Assembly: GCA_963706955.1 (NCBI GenBank)
Contig: CAVPOC010000003.1
Span: forward strand, 64,001 to 128,000
Source: an uncultured Verrucomicrobiae bacterium
GTDB lineage: Bacteria > Verrucomicrobiota > Verrucomicrobiia > Chthoniobacterales > Terrimicrobiaceae
Direction: 5' to 3'
Length of the DNA stretch: 64,000 nucleotides
Shown here one piece after another: positions 60,246 to 64,000 of this stretch (position 1 is its first letter; each line of letters begins with the position of its first letter). The notes under the pieces were generated by a model. That model was not told where the DNA came from. It did not search any database and saw only the letters and a program-made list of their open reading frames with translations. The position numbers were made by a program, and so were the translations under genes.

Positions 60246-61259
60246 ATGAAAGCCTATCAACTAACCGGGCAAAACGGCCCAGACTCATTGCAACTCAATG
60301 AAATCGTCGAGCCGAAACCCGCTCCTCTCCAGGTCCTAGTGCGGGTTCGCGCAACTTCGCTGAATTACCGGGACCTGATGATCGCCAGCGGCCGCTACGG
60401 CGCCCCAGTGTCGCTGCCATTGATCCCGCTCTCGGACGGCGCGGGCGAGATCGTCGCTGTGGGCGAAGGGGTGACCCAATGGAAGGAGGGCGATCACGTC
60501 GCGGGCACTTTCTTCCAGAACTGGCAGATAGGTCCGGTGCGACGGGAGTCCTTTCATAGTGTCCTGGGCGGCCCCCTCAACGGAATGCTCGCCGAGTATG
60601 TCACTCTCTCCTCGGAGGGTGTCGTCGCAATTCCGCCCCACCTAAGCTTTGCAGAAGCCGCGACCTTGCCGTGTGCGGCGCTCACGGCGTGGCACGCGCT
60701 CGTGACAAAGGGAAAGGTTTCCGCCGACCAAACGGTGCTGCTGCTCGGCACCGGCGGCGTTTCGATTTTTGGTCTCCAGTTTGCGAAAATGCACGGCGCG
60801 CGTGTGATTATCACATCGAGCAGTGAGGAGAAGCTGGCACGCGCAAAATCGCTCGGTGCGGACGAGACGATCAATTACCGCGCGACCCCTGATTGGGAAA
60901 AAGAAGTGTTCCACCTAACGGGAAAATCAGGTGCAGATCACGTCATCGAAGTCGGCGGAACCGACACTTTCCCAAAATCGCTGCGAGCACTTTCGTTGGG
61001 TGGGACCATCAGCGTCATCGGCGGCGTGAGCGGGTTTACGAGCGACATGCCGCTCGGGGAGATCCTGGGAAAACTGGCGCTCATCCGGGGTATCTACGTG
61101 GGCAGCCGTGAAATGTTTGAGACGATGAACCGTGCCATCGCCAGGCACCAGCTCAAGCCGGCAATTGATCGCGTCTTTCCTTTTTCCGACGCTCCAGCGG
61201 CATACCGCTACCAGGAAAGCGGCGCGCATTTAGGAAAAGTCGTCATCAGTGTTCCTTAG
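60246..61259 (+). CDS. MDR-superfamily NAD(P)-dependent alcohol dehydrogenase/quinone reductase-like
   Basis: SLNYRD, PLSDGAG, LPCAALTAW, GTGGVS and HLGKVVI motifs. Confidence 0.92.
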   Translation: MKAYQLTGQNGPDSLQLNEIVEPKPAPLQVLVRVRATSLNYRDLMIASGRYGAPVSLPLIPLSDGAGEIVAVGEGVTQWKEGDHVAGTFFQNWQIGPVRRESFHSVLGGPLNGMLAEYVTLSSEGVVAIPPHLSFAEAATLPCAALTAWHALVTKGKVSADQTVLLLGTGGVSIFGLQFAKMHGARVIITSSSEEKLARAKSLGADETINYRATPDWEKEVFHLTGKSGADHVIEVGGTDTFPKSLRALSLGGTISVIGGVSGFTSDMPLGEILGKLALIRGIYVGSREMFETMNRAIARHQLKPAIDRVFPFSDAPAAYRYQESGAHLGKVVISVP

Positions 61260-61706
61260 CGCACGGTTTGAGCAAGATGGCGCAGGTCGACCAACAACGG
61301 GTGCGATCGCGGCGCAAATCGCTTTCTAACTTCGTAGCGGAGGAGGAAATGTGGCTATAGTGCCCGAGGTCTTTCACAGCTTGGCCGGCTCACGTGTGAA
61401 ACTGCACCCGATCGAACCGACACTTCCTCCGATGATCGTCGGCTGTGCCTCCACAGTTTTAAGTGCATCCACGGTGGCGGCACAGCGCTTTCTCACGATC
61501 GCTCGCAGCGTTGCAGCGGATTAGACGGCTCGCCTGCCTAGATGGCCGTTTCCAAAGGTTCAACTTTGAGATGAACTCGCAGCCGGGACCGATGCTGGCC
61601 ACATCGGCCGCGCGAAGAACGGCCGCGATTACAATCCACGAGGGAGCCGCCTCTACCGGCTACGTCGCCGGGAACTACACGAAATCCTGAGAAAGGATTT
61701 GCGGAA

Positions 61707-62891
61707 TCACCCCACTCGCCTGCGCAGAGACCGCCGCTCCCAAGCCGCGACGACAATGAGCACCGCCGAAGTGGTGAGCGACAGCAGCAGCGGCGAGAAA
61801 TGCGACGCCATGGGCGCCAGCACGGCCACCGCAAAAAGGCCAGCTATATGCGAAAGAGGCACCCTTCCAGCAATCGTCCATTTGAAAAGGAGATTTCCAA
61901 CCAGATAAAGCGCGATCGCGCCCAATGCGGTGACGATCGTTTTGAAGTCCGAATGGCCCGTCGGATGATGCAACACGAACTCATCGGCCACCGCAGCGAC
62001 GATGATGCCGCCGACGATGAAAAGGTGAATGTAGGTATAGGCGAGGCGCGCGAGTTTTCCCGGGTCGTGCGAGGACGAGATTGTCTTGCTCCCCGCCTCC
62101 GCGCTTGTATCGAAATAGAGCCACCACATCGCGAGGCTCCCGGCAAACGAGATGACAAACGCCGCCACGACGGCGGGCGTCCACTCGAGTTCGCTGAATA
62201 TCGCGCCGGTAACCAGGATCGATTCCCCCAGCGCGATGATGATAAAGAGCGCGCAGCGCTCGGCCATATGCCCGCCTTCGACATCCCAGTCCTTCGTCCG
62301 TGACCGGCCAAGCCCCGGCACGAAAAAGCCCAACGAGGGCGAGACATATTCCGTCGCCAGCGCGACCGCCCAAAGCGCCAGGCGCGTCGTGCCATGCGCG
62401 AACGCACCTGCGAGCCAGAAAACCGCCGCCGCCACAAGCCAGGCAAGAATGCGTTGAAAATTGCGCACCATGGCGGGATGGCCCCGCACCGCCCAGATGA
62501 AAAACAGCGTCCGCCCCACCTGCATCGCGACATAAGCGCCGGCAAAGGCCAGGCCGCGCGACTCGAACGCCTCCGGCAGCGACGAGGAAAGGATCAACCC
62601 GAACAACATCAGGACCAGCAGCGCGAGCCGCACCGGCAGCTTTTCGGGATTCAGCCAGTTCGTGACCCACGACGTAAAGATCCACACCCACCAGACCGCG
62701 AGCATTAGCAGCAGCGTCTGCAGCGCTCCCAGCGGCGTGAAATGCCCGATGAGCGAATGCGAGAGCTGAGTGACCGCAAAGACGAAAACGAGATCAAAGA
62801 ACAGCTCGACAAAACTCACCTTGCCGTGCTCGTGCCCGCCCCGGCCCCGCAACAGCCCGCGATCCCCGGATGTTGAAGAAGAATCAGCCAT
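61707..62891 (-). CDS. ltrA: Low temperature requirement protein A
   Basis: ELFFDLVFVFAVTQLS, WWVW, HMAERCALFIIIALGESI and WWLYFD motifs. Confidence 0.92.
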   Translation of the reverse strand: MADSSSTSGDRGLLRGRGGHEHGKVSFVELFFDLVFVFAVTQLSHSLIGHFTPLGALQTLLLMLAVWWVWIFTSWVTNWLNPEKLPVRLALLVLMLFGLILSSSLPEAFESRGLAFAGAYVAMQVGRTLFFIWAVRGHPAMVRNFQRILAWLVAAAVFWLAGAFAHGTTRLALWAVALATEYVSPSLGFFVPGLGRSRTKDWDVEGGHMAERCALFIIIALGESILVTGAIFSELEWTPAVVAAFVISFAGSLAMWWLYFDTSAEAGSKTISSSHDPGKLARLAYTYIHLFIVGGIIVAAVADEFVLHHPTGHSDFKTIVTALGAIALYLVGNLLFKWTIAGRVPLSHIAGLFAVAVLAPMASHFSPLLLSLTTSAVLIVVAAWERRSLRRRVG

Positions 62892-63123
62892 CAGGCCCGC
62901 CTGATAACAGAAACAGACACTATCGGAAGCCGGAAAAACCTTCGCGCTGTCGTATCAATTTCCGGATGGATTTTGCGCGACCACTGTTCCGGGAAACGAA
63001 GAAAAGCGTTGTGGCCATTACCCTTCCCATGGGGCTTTCGGCCTGCGTTTCAATCCGCAGTTTCGAGCAATATCGCGACAGCCCGAGCAAGACCGCGCGC
63101 GACGACGCGCCGGCCTCGATTAG

Positions 63124-64000
<877 letters not shown>

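Noticed and set aside
61260..61700. Small ORFs or an ncRNA in the gap between the dehydrogenase and ltrA
   Set aside because: No convincing coding signal, tRNA fold or known RNA motif was seen.

Overview
Gene-dense bacterial chromosomal window, probably from a Verrucomicrobiota (Spartobacteria/Chthoniobacterales-like) genome; this is inferred from gene style and not proven. About nine single-base frameshifts in otherwise intact genes suggest long-read assembly indels. Contents in order: two divergent GT-C-type membrane glycosyltransferases; an SdhL-like shikimate dehydrogenase followed by a PfkB kinase and a class I aldolase-like gene; a translationally coupled CHAD (polyphosphate-binding) + orphan ParA pair; an iron/Fe-S neighbourhood (hscB, iscA, Fur-like box, PchR-like AraC, degenerate HemS, ferritin, sufT) interrupted by a 1087-aa phosphorylase-kinase-like GH15 protein; xylB, ubiX, a Zn-ribbon protein, an OprB porin, a degenerate M14 peptidase, Fic, chrA and alkaline phosphatase; a cysI-H-D-N-K sulfate assimilation operon lacking cysC and cysJ; a ~24 kb minus-strand rare-sugar uptake/catabolism region (two ABC systems, three binding proteins, RpiR/AlsR-like and LacI regulators with visible candidate operators); then an alcohol dehydrogenase, ltrA and an aldo/keto reductase. 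A REP/REPIN-like palindrome family occurs at four intergenic loci. I found no rRNA, tRNA, CRISPR array or transposase. The best candidates for an undescribed system are the CHAD-ParA pair (possible polyphosphate-granule positioning) and the rare-sugar region. Family assignments come from motif recognition by eye; no database search was run.
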